Shown piece by piece: positions 1-10,213 of a stretch of DNA of 64,000 nucleotides; position 1 is the first letter of the stretch, and every line of letters starts with the position of its first letter. The position numbers were made by a program, and so were the translations under genes. The notes under the pieces are model-generated. The model made no database searches, was not told where the DNA came from, and saw only the letters and a program-made list of their open reading frames with translations. The DNA lies in NCBI GenBank assembly GCA_963666365.2, contig CAXXNF010000002.1:256001-320000 (forward strand), given 5' to 3'. Origin of the DNA: Syntrophales bacterium. Lineage in GTDB: Bacteria; Desulfobacterota; Syntrophia; Syntrophales; UBA2210.

Positions 1-212
1 ACAATGCGGGAGAACCCCTTCAGAGCCACAGAGAATACGGCGCCTTCGAGCTTAAATTCGATTTCCGTTCGCCTTCATCAGGAACACTATGATGGAGAGA
101 AGGGCAGCGGGGTGCGCCCTTCAGGGGGGGCGGTCCTGTCACAATGCGCTCAGGTCATTGCCTATTTACGGTACGCTCAACTTCATGATGCTTCATGGGG
201 CGCCCTCCCTTT

Positions 213-1538
213 CTAAGACAATGGTTCCTGTGTGCCGCAGCTGCCTGACGTTTCCTGTGTTGTTGATTTTTCTGTCTTCTCTGGTGCTCCGGTAAACCAG
301 AAAAAGATAATGGCGATCACGATGGCAGCAATAGAAATTCCAAACGAAACATGATAGCTCGCCGTTAAGTCGAATATCTTGCCGCTCAACCATACCCCTG
401 CTGCACCTCCAATGCCTCCTCCCAGCGAAAGGATCCCCATTATCTTTCCAAAATTGGGTCCCAGAAAGAGGTCGGCCGATCGGGCGGGGAAAAGGGGCGC
501 AATCGATCCGTACCCCAAACCGAACAGTATCGCATAGCCGAAAAGGAGCCATCCTGTTGAGGGGGTGAGTATCATCAGACTCACCACGCCCAGGGCGGCG
601 CATCCCATTCCCATAGTAAAGGCCTTCTCCCTTCCGATAATATCCGAAAGATAGCCGAAAAGGATCTTTCCCACCGATCCTATAATGCCGGCAAGTCCGA
701 AGAAAAAGGCGCCTTGAACCGGCGTGAATCCCCTGTCGATTACGCTGGCCACTTGATGGATCAATGTCCCCTGTACCGCCAGGGGGGTAAAAATAAATGT
801 TGCGCAGAGAAGCCAGAACTGCTTTGTGCGCAGGGTCTCAAGAATCGTCGCGGCAATCGGTGTATGCAGAATGATCGCCTCCCTTTCCCCTGTCTCTGTC
901 TCGGAGTTCCTGTTTCCTCCTGAATGCGGTGTCAATCCATCGGGAATTTCACCGATTGCTGAGGGATTTTTCCGCTGCAGCAGGGCGTTAAGGGGGAAAA
1001 TTGTGACGAGAATAAGTGCAGCAAGGAGGCAATAGGCAGTTCTCCAGCCATAATGATCGATTCCATACTGGGCGGCCGGGACGATGACCTGCATTCCGAT
1101 GCCCACGCCCGCCATTGCAATGCCGATGGCGAGACCCCGTTTACGGGCGAACCACTTGGGAAGCACGATGCTATGGGCAATAAAGCCAACCGCGCAGACC
1201 CCAATCGGCGTCACTACGCCGTACCACAGGTAGAATTCCAGGAGTGAGTGAATCCGGCTTGCGGCGTATAATCCCAGTGCGACAACAAGACTGCCGGCAG
1301 GAATTACCAGTCGGGCGCCGAATTTATCCAGAAGACCGCCGACCATAACCGCTGAGGCGGAGTGTACCAGCATAAAACATGAAAACACGCCCGCCGTGGA
1401 CGCGCGGCTCCAGCCGAATTCGTTGAGAACGGCCACAAAAAACACGGAAAATGAATACCAAATTCCAAAAATAATGGCGAGATTGATAAACGATACCCCT
1501 ACAATGATCCAGCCGTAGAAAAACCTTCGTTGCTTCAT
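213..1538 (-). CDS. MFS transporter (OFA/oxalate-formate antiporter-like)
   Basis: N-terminus 'FFYGWIIVGVSF', MFS motif 'GGLLDKFGARL', 'KWFARKRGLAIG', about 12 hydrophobic segments; start moved to ATG 1538 (MKQRRFFY). Confidence 0.9.
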   Translation of the reverse strand: MKQRRFFYGWIIVGVSFINLAIIFGIWYSFSVFFVAVLNEFGWSRASTAGVFSCFMLVHSASAVMVGGLLDKFGARLVIPAGSLVVALGLYAASRIHSLLEFYLWYGVVTPIGVCAVGFIAHSIVLPKWFARKRGLAIGIAMAGVGIGMQVIVPAAQYGIDHYGWRTAYCLLAALILVTIFPLNALLQRKNPSAIGEIPDGLTPHSGGNRNSETETGEREAIILHTPIAATILETLRTKQFWLLCATFIFTPLAVQGTLIHQVASVIDRGFTPVQGAFFFGLAGIIGSVGKILFGYLSDIIGREKAFTMGMGCAALGVVSLMILTPSTGWLLFGYAILFGLGYGSIAPLFPARSADLFLGPNFGKIMGILSLGGGIGGAAGVWLSGKIFDLTASYHVSFGISIAAIVIAIIFFWFTGAPEKTEKSTTQETSGSCGTQEPLS

Positions 1539-1727
1539 GCACCTTCTCTGTGATGCCAAATTTACGTGAGGGCCGAAAACGTATTGCCTGCTAACATCTG
1601 ACAAAAGGGGGGTGCAAGTCAAGAGGGAAAAGGGATGAGTTGTGAAATTTGAGGCCCCGTGTAAATTGATGTCCAAAAAATTGTATGTTACATGTATCGG
1701 TAAGCTGCGCGTAATGGGGACGAATGT

Positions 1728-2654
1728 ATGAAAGGCGAACCGTCATATAAGAAGCTGTACAGGGAAGGGCAGTTGGAAAGGATAGTGGAAGAGGCCCGTG
1801 CGCGTATGCGGTTCTGCACACTCTGCCCCCATCAATGCCGTGTTGACCGGATAGCCGGTGAAGTTGGTGTCTGCGGGGTCGGAAGAAAGGCCATAGTGGC
1901 GGGCTATAATGCCCATTACGGAGAGGAGCGTCCCCTGGTGGGACAGTGTGGGTCAGGCACTATTTTCTTCAGCTCCTGCAATCTGTTCTGCTCGTTTTGT
2001 CAGAATTACGATATCAGCCATTACAAGGCGGGCGTGGAGGTCGAACCTGCAGAGCTGGCAACCATGATGACGGCGTTGGCTGAAAAAGGCTGCCATAATA
2101 TTAATTTCGTTACCCCGAGTCATGTAGTGCCGCAGATTCTGGAGGGGATCCTGATTGCTGCGGAGAGAGGTTTGTCTGTTCCTCTCGTATATAACACGGG
2201 CGGGTATGACAGTAGTGATACTCTGGCAATGGTCAGTGGAGTCTTTGATATCTATATGCCCGACTTCAAGTTCTGGGATAATAAGTGGGCGCAGCACTTT
2301 TGCCGTGTTTCAGATTATCGTGAACGAGTCATCGCGGCCATTACAGAGATGCATCGCCAGGTTGGCAACCTCGCGTTGGATGATTCAGGGATTGCATTTC
2401 GCGGTCTTCTCATACGGCATCTCGTCATGCCGGGCGGCGTTGCCGGCACGGCGGATGTGATGAAGTTTCTCTCTGAAAAGATATCCCCTGCTACCTACGT
2501 AAATATAATGGATCAATACAGGCCGTGTTTTAAAGCGGAACGTGACAGATATATACATCGCAGGATACGCCCAGAGGAGTACCGTGAGGCCCTCGATGCC
2601 GCCCTGTCTGCGGGCCTCAGACGCCTCGATTCATTATCTGTTCTTTTATACTGA
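1728..2654 (+). CDS. Radical SAM protein, PflX-like (PFL-activating-enzyme homologue)
   Basis: CxxxCxxC 'CNLFCSFCQN', N-terminal 'CTLCPHQCRVDR', 'GSGTIFFS', 'YMPDFKF', 'IRHLVMPG'. Confidence 0.9.
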   Translation: MKGEPSYKKLYREGQLERIVEEARARMRFCTLCPHQCRVDRIAGEVGVCGVGRKAIVAGYNAHYGEERPLVGQCGSGTIFFSSCNLFCSFCQNYDISHYKAGVEVEPAELATMMTALAEKGCHNINFVTPSHVVPQILEGILIAAERGLSVPLVYNTGGYDSSDTLAMVSGVFDIYMPDFKFWDNKWAQHFCRVSDYRERVIAAITEMHRQVGNLALDDSGIAFRGLLIRHLVMPGGVAGTADVMKFLSEKISPATYVNIMDQYRPCFKAERDRYIHRRIRPEEYREALDAALSAGLRRLDSLSVLLY

Positions 2655-2692
2655 CGATTGATAATCTGTCCGTGGGTGTCTCTTCGCCTGCC

Positions 2693-3145
2693 CTATGATT
2701 TCTGCGTGCTTATCAACTCACCGTACTTTTGGGTGATGGTATAAATGCCGTGGTCGAAAATCCTTATGGTGGTGTTGATTGCCCCTACCTTTTGTTTGAT
2801 GTCGAGGCCTGCTAAAAAAGGTGTCTGGAAATCTGCATAGAGCCATAAATGTCTTCGTATCATGATAAGCACGTAGACTGCTTCACTGAGAGGGATCCCT
2901 TCCCGGAATCTGTCTTCAGCGAATTTTGTAAAAAAAATCGCCGATTCTTCATAGGGTTTTTCACTGAAATAAATTGATCGAAGGTTCTTGTAAAAATCTC
3001 TGGCCTGCTGTTTGCACTCCTCTACAGGTACCGAATGGTAGGAGGGAGTCCGTGGGTTTGAAGTGACTGCCCTGGCCCACTGTTCTGCAATGGCGTCCGC
3101 ATTGTGTCGTGTGATATTAATCAACTTGTCGGCGAAGACTTCCAT
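2693..3145 (-). CDS. Hypothetical all-helical protein, possibly RsbRD-N/globin-like sensor domain
   Basis: 150-aa ORF with RBS (AGGAGG on minus strand); 'IAEQW', 'RFREGIPLSEAV' resemble RsbRD-N-type domains. Confidence 0.7.
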   Translation of the reverse strand: MEVFADKLINITRHNADAIAEQWARAVTSNPRTPSYHSVPVEECKQQARDFYKNLRSIYFSEKPYEESAIFFTKFAEDRFREGIPLSEAVYVLIMIRRHLWLYADFQTPFLAGLDIKQKVGAINTTIRIFDHGIYTITQKYGELISTQKS

Positions 3146-3296
3146 TGTGACCTCCTTGTATGCGAAGGAAATATGGCTAATCCTACACCGCTCGTGATGG
3201 ATAAATCAAGATAAAAAAAGAGACCTTATGGAGGTACGCCCATGTGCGTCAGGAAACAAAAAAACAAAACGCCCTGTGATGCTGCAAAAGTATCGC

Positions 3297-3325
3297 TTGA
3301 CAGATGGTTCTTTCATATTCACTAT
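3297..3325 (+). promoter_or_regulatory. Putative sigma70 promoter for the SDR gene
   Basis: TTGACA (3297-3302), 17 nt, CACTAT (3320-3325). Confidence 0.45.
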
Positions 3326-3488
3326 AGCCAAGGGATGGCGGTCCGATTCTTCGATGGGGCAGTTGATGTAACGTATAGAGAGACTTTAGCGTTCCTGAAT
3401 CGAAGACGATGTGCCAGGTCCGGGCGGACAGGATGGATTTCGTGACGGTACCGATTATCTGTGTGGTGAAAATGTAAAAGGAGAATGG

Positions 3489-4292
3489 ATGATGGACTTG
3501 AAAATTCAGAATAAGATCGCGCTGGTTACCGGGGCGGGAAAAGGAATAGGCCGGGCGATTGCACTGCGCCTCGCAGAAGAGGGCGCGACGGTTGCCGTGG
3601 CGGATCTGAACGGCGATGACGCAAAGCAGGTTGCCGAGGAAATAATCGGAAAGAGCGGCGCCGCCATGGCAATTCAGGCCGATGCCACAAGTGAATCGGA
3701 AACGGACCGGATGGTGCGGGATATAGTCGAGGCCTATGGGACGATTGATATTCTTGTGAATAACGTGGGCGGTGGGGGAAAATCGGCGCTGGTGGTTAAG
3801 TTTCCCGTGGAGGACTGGGACAGAACCATAGAAGTGACACTGAAAAGCACCTTTCTTGTTTCCCGTGCGGCGGCGAAAGTGATGATCGAGAAGAGGCAGG
3901 GAAGGATCATCAATATTTCATCGATATCGGGAAAGCTGGGTGAATCGCTTATCGGGGCATACTGTGCCGCAAAGTTCGGTGTTCAGGGTCTCACGCAGGT
4001 AATGGCCAAGGAGCTGGGACGCTATTCAATTACCGTCAACGCAGTCTGTCCGGGCTATGTCTGGACGCCGGGCTGGCAGGAACTCGCACAGTGGCTTAAA
4101 GACAATTTTTCAACCATGGCGGATAAGACCCTTGAGCAGATATTTGAAGACCGGGTGAAACCTCTGACCGTACTGGGTCGTCCACAGACCGCTGAGGATA
4201 TCGCGAGCATGGTCGCCTACCTGGCGTCGGAAGAAGCCAGGAATATTACGGGGCAGGCTATTAGTGTAGATGGTGGCGCTGTTATGCAGTGA
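3489..4292 (+). CDS. Short-chain dehydrogenase/reductase (classical SDR)
   Basis: TGAGKGIG Rossmann motif, 'LVNNVG', YxxxK 'YCAAK', 'VNAVCPG'; RBS AAGGAG before ATG 3489/3492. Confidence 0.92.
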   Translation: MMDLKIQNKIALVTGAGKGIGRAIALRLAEEGATVAVADLNGDDAKQVAEEIIGKSGAAMAIQADATSESETDRMVRDIVEAYGTIDILVNNVGGGGKSALVVKFPVEDWDRTIEVTLKSTFLVSRAAAKVMIEKRQGRIINISSISGKLGESLIGAYCAAKFGVQGLTQVMAKELGRYSITVNAVCPGYVWTPGWQELAQWLKDNFSTMADKTLEQIFEDRVKPLTVLGRPQTAEDIASMVAYLASEEARNITGQAISVDGGAVMQ

Positions 4293-4342
4293 TAGTGAGG
4301 AGCACGGTCTTCGCTGCCGTGAATCCATGTGTGCCGAGTCTT

Positions 4343-5161
4343 CTATTCTTCGGGATCGGGATAGTGCGGGTCTTCCTTGGCAAAGAATGCAGTAATTCCC
4401 CAAAGGCACTCTCCCGATGCGATAAGTGAGACGGCATGATCCGTTTCTATTTCAAGGGCTTCGTGAAGAGGAAGATCGAAGCTGCGTCTGATCATGTCAA
4501 GGGAGTGGCGGACGGCCCGTGGACCGTTTGCGGCAATGACGCCAGCCAGTTTTTCAGCCTCTTCGAGCGCAGCTCCCGGCGCACTGATGCGATTGACGAG
4601 GCCGATTCTCAAGGCTTCATCGGCGGTGACCTTTTTTCCCGTAAGTATCAGTTCCGTGGCCGATGCAAGACCTGTAAGCCGTGTGAGTGCCGCGCCTCCT
4701 CCCCAATCGGGCATCAGGCCGAGCCGCACCTCCGAAAAGCAGAAGACCGCCGCAGGGTCAATTATCCGCAGGTCGCAACGGCAGGCAAGTTCCGCACCTC
4801 CCCCGTAGGCATCTCCGTTTACGGCGGCGATCAAGGGAACCGGCAATGATGTCAGGTCATCCACGATGCCTCTGATTCGTCGTATAAGCCTTTCGATAGG
4901 GCCGGGGTCATGATGCTGTACGGGTTCGATCATCTGTGCCACCTGGGGGTTGTCGGGATTCACATCAAAGCCGGCGCAGAATGCCCCGGTCCCAGCTCCC
5001 GTGATGATCACAGCACGAGGGAGCGCCGCTTTCAGATCGCTGATTACCTTTGAAAGGGAGTTCCACATGGCTTCGTTGAAGGCATTGCGTCGCTCCGGTC
5101 GATTAAGAGTGATTACGGCAATGGAGCCGGTTCGTTGCAGGGTGATAATGGAATGGGCCAT
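4343..5161 (-). CDS. Enoyl-CoA hydratase/isomerase (crotonase family)
   Basis: 'ITLNRPERRNA', 'FCAGFD', 'AYGGGAELA', 'SEVRLGLMP'; start placed at MAHSII. Confidence 0.92.
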   Translation of the reverse strand: MAHSIITLQRTGSIAVITLNRPERRNAFNEAMWNSLSKVISDLKAALPRAVIITGAGTGAFCAGFDVNPDNPQVAQMIEPVQHHDPGPIERLIRRIRGIVDDLTSLPVPLIAAVNGDAYGGGAELACRCDLRIIDPAAVFCFSEVRLGLMPDWGGGAALTRLTGLASATELILTGKKVTADEALRIGLVNRISAPGAALEEAEKLAGVIAANGPRAVRHSLDMIRRSFDLPLHEALEIETDHAVSLIASGECLWGITAFFAKEDPHYPDPEE

Positions 5162-5231
5162 TTCGCTGTCCTTTCTATGAATAGTAGTTTGCCAATCTTC
5201 ATTCTGCCTTATTCGAAGGATCAGCGGCAGG

Positions 5232-5831
5232 TTACCTGTTGTCTGCACTGATGCCCCTGATGAAAATGGACTGAAATGTTCTGATGAATTGCCTTCCATC
5301 CAGATTGTCGCGGTTAAGTATCCATTGATGCAGAGTGCCATCGGCGATGGCGATAAATGTAAGTGCCGCGAGGTCCGGATCCGTATCGCTGCGAATCAAT
5401 CCCTGAGAAATCCCGCTTTGTATCAGGCCGGCGATAAACTTTCGGTACCTTCCATAGGTGCGTTTCAGTACCGGTTGAAAGTCGGCATCCGCGTTGAGCT
5501 CCGTGGTTAAAAAAGTGAGAAACACGGACAGTTCCATATTGTTATTGCCAAAGGAAGTATAAAATTTGATGACCCTCTTCAGCTTTTCGATGGCGTTGCC
5601 GTCGCAGGCCTCGACGGTGCGGATCAATTCTTCGAGAAAGAGGGTTTCATATTCCCTGACGATGCGAAAGATTAATTCACCCTTGTTTTTGAAATGTGCA
5701 TAGAGCGCCCCCTTCGAGAGATTTACTCTGCGCGTAATGTCGTCGATCGAGGTGCCGTGATAGCCCTTTCTGACGAACAACTCAAGTGAGGCCTGAAGGA
5801 TCATCCGTTCCGTCGCTTCACTTTTTTTCAT
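5232..5831 (-). CDS. TetR/AcrR family transcriptional regulator
   Basis: N-terminal HTH 'KGYHGTSIDDITRRVNLSKGALYAHFKNK'. Confidence 0.95.
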   Translation of the reverse strand: MKKSEATERMILQASLELFVRKGYHGTSIDDITRRVNLSKGALYAHFKNKGELIFRIVREYETLFLEELIRTVEACDGNAIEKLKRVIKFYTSFGNNNMELSVFLTFLTTELNADADFQPVLKRTYGRYRKFIAGLIQSGISQGLIRSDTDPDLAALTFIAIADGTLHQWILNRDNLDGRQFIRTFQSIFIRGISADNR

Positions 5832-5924
5832 TTTTCTCCTGTCTGTTCCCTTTTTTATCTCTTCACCCGATGGATGTTCTCGTCAGCATGCGTTGGCTGG
5901 AGTATAACGTAATCCCCTTAAAAA

Positions 5925-5941
5925 TAAACGAACGTTCTGTA
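5925..5941. promoter_or_regulatory. Candidate TetR operator A (TAAACGAACGTTCTGTA)
   Basis: Palindromic core GAACGTTC in the divergent tetR intergenic region; shares TAAACGAnCGnT with site B. Confidence 0.5.
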
Positions 5942-6025
5942 AAATGTTTTTCTTATATTTCAAATTACAGATTATAAATCAAGTAATAATATCTCTATGC
6001 AAAAATTGTGAGATGGCAGTAATAC

Positions 6026-6042
6026 TAAACGACCGGTATTTA
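6026..6042. promoter_or_regulatory. Candidate TetR operator B (TAAACGACCGGTATTTA)
   Basis: Palindromic core ACCGGT with TAAA/TTTA flanks, just upstream of TTGACA at 6047. Confidence 0.5.
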
Positions 6043-6237
6043 AATCTTGACATTGGCGGGGAGATTTTGGTAGTGCATGTGCGGTTTAGTCCCTCTTTTT
6101 TATTGTACTGATAGTAAGATGCAGGAGAGAACAGAATGATGGCGTTGAAAAAATAGCAGGGTCTTTCAAGAAAGTGTTTGACAGGAGATATATAAAACAG
6201 AAGAATGGACAGGATTTTGTCCTCAGGAGGATTCACC

Positions 6238-7734
6238 ATGACTTGCGTAGCGGAAGAACTTACGCCCAATGAACGCTTTGAGAGAATATTCAACCCCCGA
6301 CATCTCGCGATTGTAGGGGTTTCAGCAAGAGGGTCCGGATTTGCGAGCGGAATCATGATATCACTTCAGGCCATAGGGTACGAAGGGACCATGTATCCGG
6401 TAAATCCCCGGGGCGGCACGTTTTTGGGCATGGATATCTATAAAACCATTGAAGATATTCCTCACGAGATCGATTTTGCCATTATCGCCGTTCCCGCAGG
6501 AGAAGTTGCCGGCACCCTGGAGGCATGTATGAAGAAGGGGGCTGCCGGCGCCGAGATCCTCTCTGCCGGCTTCAGCGAGCTTGGGACGGAAGAGGGGATA
6601 AAACTGGAGGAAGAGATTCAGGCGATTGCAGTTCGGGGAATACGCGTAATCGGTCCCAACTGCTTTGGTGTGTACTGCCCCCAAAGTGGGCTCACTCTTC
6701 TGCCGGGGCCGGATCTTTCCCGCGAGAGCGGTCCCGTTGCATTTCTTTCGCAAAGCGGCGGCATGTCTATTGATTACGCACACATGGGGAAATGGATGGG
6801 GGTGAAGTTCAGCAAGGTGATCAGTTTCGGCAACGGCGCCGATCTTCGGGAAACGGAGCTTCTTCGCTATTTGCAAAACGATCCGGAAACGGGCGTCATT
6901 TCCATGTATACAGAAGGGATAACGGATGGGAGCGCCTTTTTTAGAACACTTGCCGACGTGACGCGCGAAAAGCCCGTGATCATCTTCAAGGGAGGGCTTT
7001 CAGAAGCCGGGGGTAGAGCCGTGGCCAGCCACACGGCGTCAATGGGGGGCAACCGGGTTATCTGGGAGTCGTTGCTGTATCAGTGTAATGCAATACAGGT
7101 ACGAAGTCTTCCCGAGATGGCACAGGCCGGCCTTGCATTTTCGATGATTCCCGAGAAGAACTACAAGAATATAGCGGTTATGGGAGGTGGGGGCGCACTC
7201 GGCATTGCTGCCTGCGATGTGGCCGAAAGGATGCACATCGGGATTCCTCCCCTCAGGGCGGATATCTCCGAATCCATTCTTGAGCTGCTTCCCAAACCGG
7301 GATCAAGTGCAAAAAATCCAATCGATGTGGCCAATCCTCATGTGGCGCCGCAGATACTCAAGGAGGTGCTTCTGAGAGCCGCGAAGGATGAGAACATAGA
7401 TTTACAGATAATGATTCAGCTTTTTTATCATTACAAGGTATTGGCGCGCGCAATGGGTGTTTCAGTCAAGGAAGTCACGCCCTATCTGGAATTGGCCGAT
7501 GCCGTCGGCGACGTGGTTAAAAGGACGGGCAAGCCGGTAATTCTCGTTATGCCCAACATCAAGCAGGGAGCGGATTCAATGGACATCGAAGAAATGCGGC
7601 GTGATGCACGGCGCGCGTTCCTGGAAAAGGGAGTGCCGGTTTTTGACGAGCTTGAAGATGCCCTTCGTGCAGTCACCCATGTGTCGCGCTACCACGAACG
7701 GAAGAACGCGCTGGCTGACGCAAAAGCGCAATAA
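6238..7734 (+). CDS. ADP-forming acyl-CoA synthetase alpha-subunit-like CoA-binding protein
   Basis: 'AIVGVS', 'YPVNP', 'IGPNCFG', 'SQSGG', 'SFGNGADL', phospho-His motif 'VASHTAS', 'NPIDV'; no ATP-grasp domain. Confidence 0.88.
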   Translation: MTCVAEELTPNERFERIFNPRHLAIVGVSARGSGFASGIMISLQAIGYEGTMYPVNPRGGTFLGMDIYKTIEDIPHEIDFAIIAVPAGEVAGTLEACMKKGAAGAEILSAGFSELGTEEGIKLEEEIQAIAVRGIRVIGPNCFGVYCPQSGLTLLPGPDLSRESGPVAFLSQSGGMSIDYAHMGKWMGVKFSKVISFGNGADLRETELLRYLQNDPETGVISMYTEGITDGSAFFRTLADVTREKPVIIFKGGLSEAGGRAVASHTASMGGNRVIWESLLYQCNAIQVRSLPEMAQAGLAFSMIPEKNYKNIAVMGGGGALGIAACDVAERMHIGIPPLRADISESILELLPKPGSSAKNPIDVANPHVAPQILKEVLLRAAKDENIDLQIMIQLFYHYKVLARAMGVSVKEVTPYLELADAVGDVVKRTGKPVILVMPNIKQGADSMDIEEMRRDARRAFLEKGVPVFDELEDALRAVTHVSRYHERKNALADAKAQ

Positions 7735-7771
7735 CCCTGTTGGATAGAGGCAAGAACGGCTCTTTTATTCA

Positions 7772-9106
7772 ATGAGCGAGGACGTGCCGAATAAAGGCGC
7801 GCAAGGGGGGATAATGTTGAGTCCAGGTCGGGAAGGCAGGATATACTACGGGTGGTTTATAGTGATGACTGCCTTCATTGCCAATTTCATGGCAATCGGC
7901 ACCAGCTACTACATTATGAATGCCTTTATGGAACCGCTCTGTGAGATGCACGGCTGGAGCCGGACCGATATCAACATTGCCCTCATGCTGGGGATGCTGA
8001 CGAGCTTTGCCAGTCAGTTTCTCTGCGGAACCCTTGTGATGAGAATCGGTCCCCGCAAATTGATGCTTGTGGGTCCCGTTTTTTCAGGCATTGCCTGTAT
8101 CTTGCTCGGCTATGCCGACAGTCTGTGGCAATTTTCATTTCTCTACATTCTGCTTCACGCAGGAAGCATGTCCTTCGGCGGGGTCGTTGCCAACACGGCG
8201 GTCAATAACTGGTTCGTGTTGAAAAAGGGGAAAGCCATGGGCATTGCCGGCGCCGGCATATCCTTTTCGGGCGCGGTACTGCCCCTCGTCGCCATGGCAT
8301 TGATTCTTCATACCACCTTAGGGGAAGCCTTTTTCTGGATAGGCATCGCGACGATGCTTGTGGGGCCCTTTGCCTGGCTGGTAGTGAGGGACTGGCCGGA
8401 GCAGTTCGGCCTGGCGCCTGACGGCATAGATCGAGAACTCGCGCAATTAGTGGATCCGCCCGGACAGCCTGCACGTTCGATCGGGTCGACTGCTTCATCC
8501 GATACCGTCCCCTTCCCGGGAGTATGGCGGATTTCTCAATTAGTGAAAACCGGCGCCTTCTGGAAGGTAGGCATGTCCTTCGCGCTTATTCTGATGGGCA
8601 TCGGGTCCGTTATGTCGCAGCTCAAACCGCGGTTTGTCGATATCGGATTCGATGATGTCACGGCAATGATGATGATGGCGGCTACGGCATTTCTCGGCGC
8701 CATTGCAAAATATGTGTGGGGGATGCTCTGTGATCATTTCGAACCCCGAAAGGTGGTGGCCTCTTTGATGTCGCTTATCGCCTGCGGACTTGTTGTGGGG
8801 CTTTTGTCCCACTCCCTCCCGGCAGTGATTTGTTTTATCATTCTCTTCGGATTTGCGATGGGCGGGGTCATGTCCACCTTCCCGATCATAGTGGCTGACC
8901 TCTTCGGACGCGAGTCATTCGCCGCCGTCTTTCGCTACATAGCGCTGTTTCTGATTCTCCAGATTACGGGATTTCTTATCGCTGGCCAGAGTTATGATCG
9001 AACCGGTTCCTATAATTGCGCCTATATTATCTATGCGGCCCTTGATGTTATTGCCGTATTTCTGATTCTTTCGGTAAAACGACCGATTCGAAGCGCGCGC
9101 ACATAA
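7772..9106 (+). CDS. MFS transporter (OFA-like)
   Basis: 'IYYGWFIV', 'NWFVLKKGKAMG', many TM helices; alternative start ATG 7814. Confidence 0.9.
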   Translation: MSEDVPNKGAQGGIMLSPGREGRIYYGWFIVMTAFIANFMAIGTSYYIMNAFMEPLCEMHGWSRTDINIALMLGMLTSFASQFLCGTLVMRIGPRKLMLVGPVFSGIACILLGYADSLWQFSFLYILLHAGSMSFGGVVANTAVNNWFVLKKGKAMGIAGAGISFSGAVLPLVAMALILHTTLGEAFFWIGIATMLVGPFAWLVVRDWPEQFGLAPDGIDRELAQLVDPPGQPARSIGSTASSDTVPFPGVWRISQLVKTGAFWKVGMSFALILMGIGSVMSQLKPRFVDIGFDDVTAMMMMAATAFLGAIAKYVWGMLCDHFEPRKVVASLMSLIACGLVVGLLSHSLPAVICFIILFGFAMGGVMSTFPIIVADLFGRESFAAVFRYIALFLILQITGFLIAGQSYDRTGSYNCAYIIYAALDVIAVFLILSVKRPIRSART

Positions 9107-9122
9107 CCGCCCCCCCCGGGCA

Positions 9123-10022
9123 TTACCGTGCGTGATCCGCGATGGCGCCGATTACCCTGTCCCACACCGGCTCGGGGAGGGTATGTCCACCCCCTTCGAT
9201 GATCATCAGTTGCGCCCCCGGAATTGCCTCCGCCGTATCGATTCCGCATGCCACCGGCAAGAGAGGGTCTGCGTCGCCGTGAATGACGAGCGACGGCACT
9301 TTGATGGAGCTAAGTGCGTTTTTTCTGCTTCCCGAGGCGTTGATCGCCGCAATTTGCCGCGCAATGCCCGGGGCATGGTTCCCCCGGTCATAGGTAAGTT
9401 CCGCATACCGCGCGACTCTTGTTTCATCAACGGGGAATCGCCCGTTTAGAATTTTCCACATAGTGAAAAAATAATCGATAAATCCCGCTCTGTCCGACGG
9501 GGGAGGTACGGTAATAACGGACAGGGCCTCCGGCGTGGGGGGGGGGAGGGCAGGGTTGCCCGTGGTTGAGGACATGGAAGTGAGCGTTCTGACGCGGTCG
9601 GGACGGTTGAGCGCCATGGTCTGGCCGATCATGCCCCCCATTGAAAAACCTACAATATGGGCGGATTCAATTTCAAGACCGTCGAGAAGACCGAAAGTAT
9701 CATCGGCCATATCGGAAATCAGATAGGGAACGGAGACCTGCTCCCCTTGCAGCAGCGCTGTCAACAGGGCTGCAATATTCGGAACGCCTGCCGCATCGAG
9801 TTTTGTCGAGCGGCCGATGTCTCGATTGTCGAACCGCAGTACGTAATATCCTCGTGAGGCGAGGGCGCGACAGAAATCGTCGTCCCACATGATCATTTGC
9901 CAGCTCAATCCCTGTATCAGGAGAAGCGGTTCCGCATTCCGGTTTCCAAATGTATCATAGACAAGGGTGATGCCGTTGGTCGCGATGCTCTTTTCGGGAG
10001 AATGGGATATTTCGTTCGCCAT
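9123..10022 (-). CDS. Alpha/beta fold hydrolase (esterase-like)
   Basis: 'RFDNRDIGRS', nucleophile 'GFSMGG', 'HGDADPL', 'GGGHTL'; RBS GGAGG before ATG 10022. Confidence 0.92.
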   Translation of the reverse strand: MANEISHSPEKSIATNGITLVYDTFGNRNAEPLLLIQGLSWQMIMWDDDFCRALASRGYYVLRFDNRDIGRSTKLDAAGVPNIAALLTALLQGEQVSVPYLISDMADDTFGLLDGLEIESAHIVGFSMGGMIGQTMALNRPDRVRTLTSMSSTTGNPALPPPTPEALSVITVPPPSDRAGFIDYFFTMWKILNGRFPVDETRVARYAELTYDRGNHAPGIARQIAAINASGSRKNALSSIKVPSLVIHGDADPLLPVACGIDTAEAIPGAQLMIIEGGGHTLPEPVWDRVIGAIADHAR

Positions 10023-10213
10023 GGGGCCTCCGTTCTTCGGTTTCAATACCGGTGGATTATAACCTTATTTTTTTTGTAACGCAATCGCCGTGATGCTGTG
10101 ATATGAAAGGCGATGTGGCGTAGCCCTTCCCAGGTGCGGGAGATCTTTTTTGACTTTTCAAGACTTCGGCTCCTATAATAAAGGCATATTTAATAAAAGG
10201 GTGGCGATATCTT

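Noticed and set aside
1..216. Short ORFs at the window start
   Set aside because: No recognisable motifs; cannot distinguish from non-coding sequence or a gene tail
3411..3432. SRP RNA-like 'CCAGGTCCGG'
   Set aside because: Lacks the following AAGGAAGCAGC motif and helix
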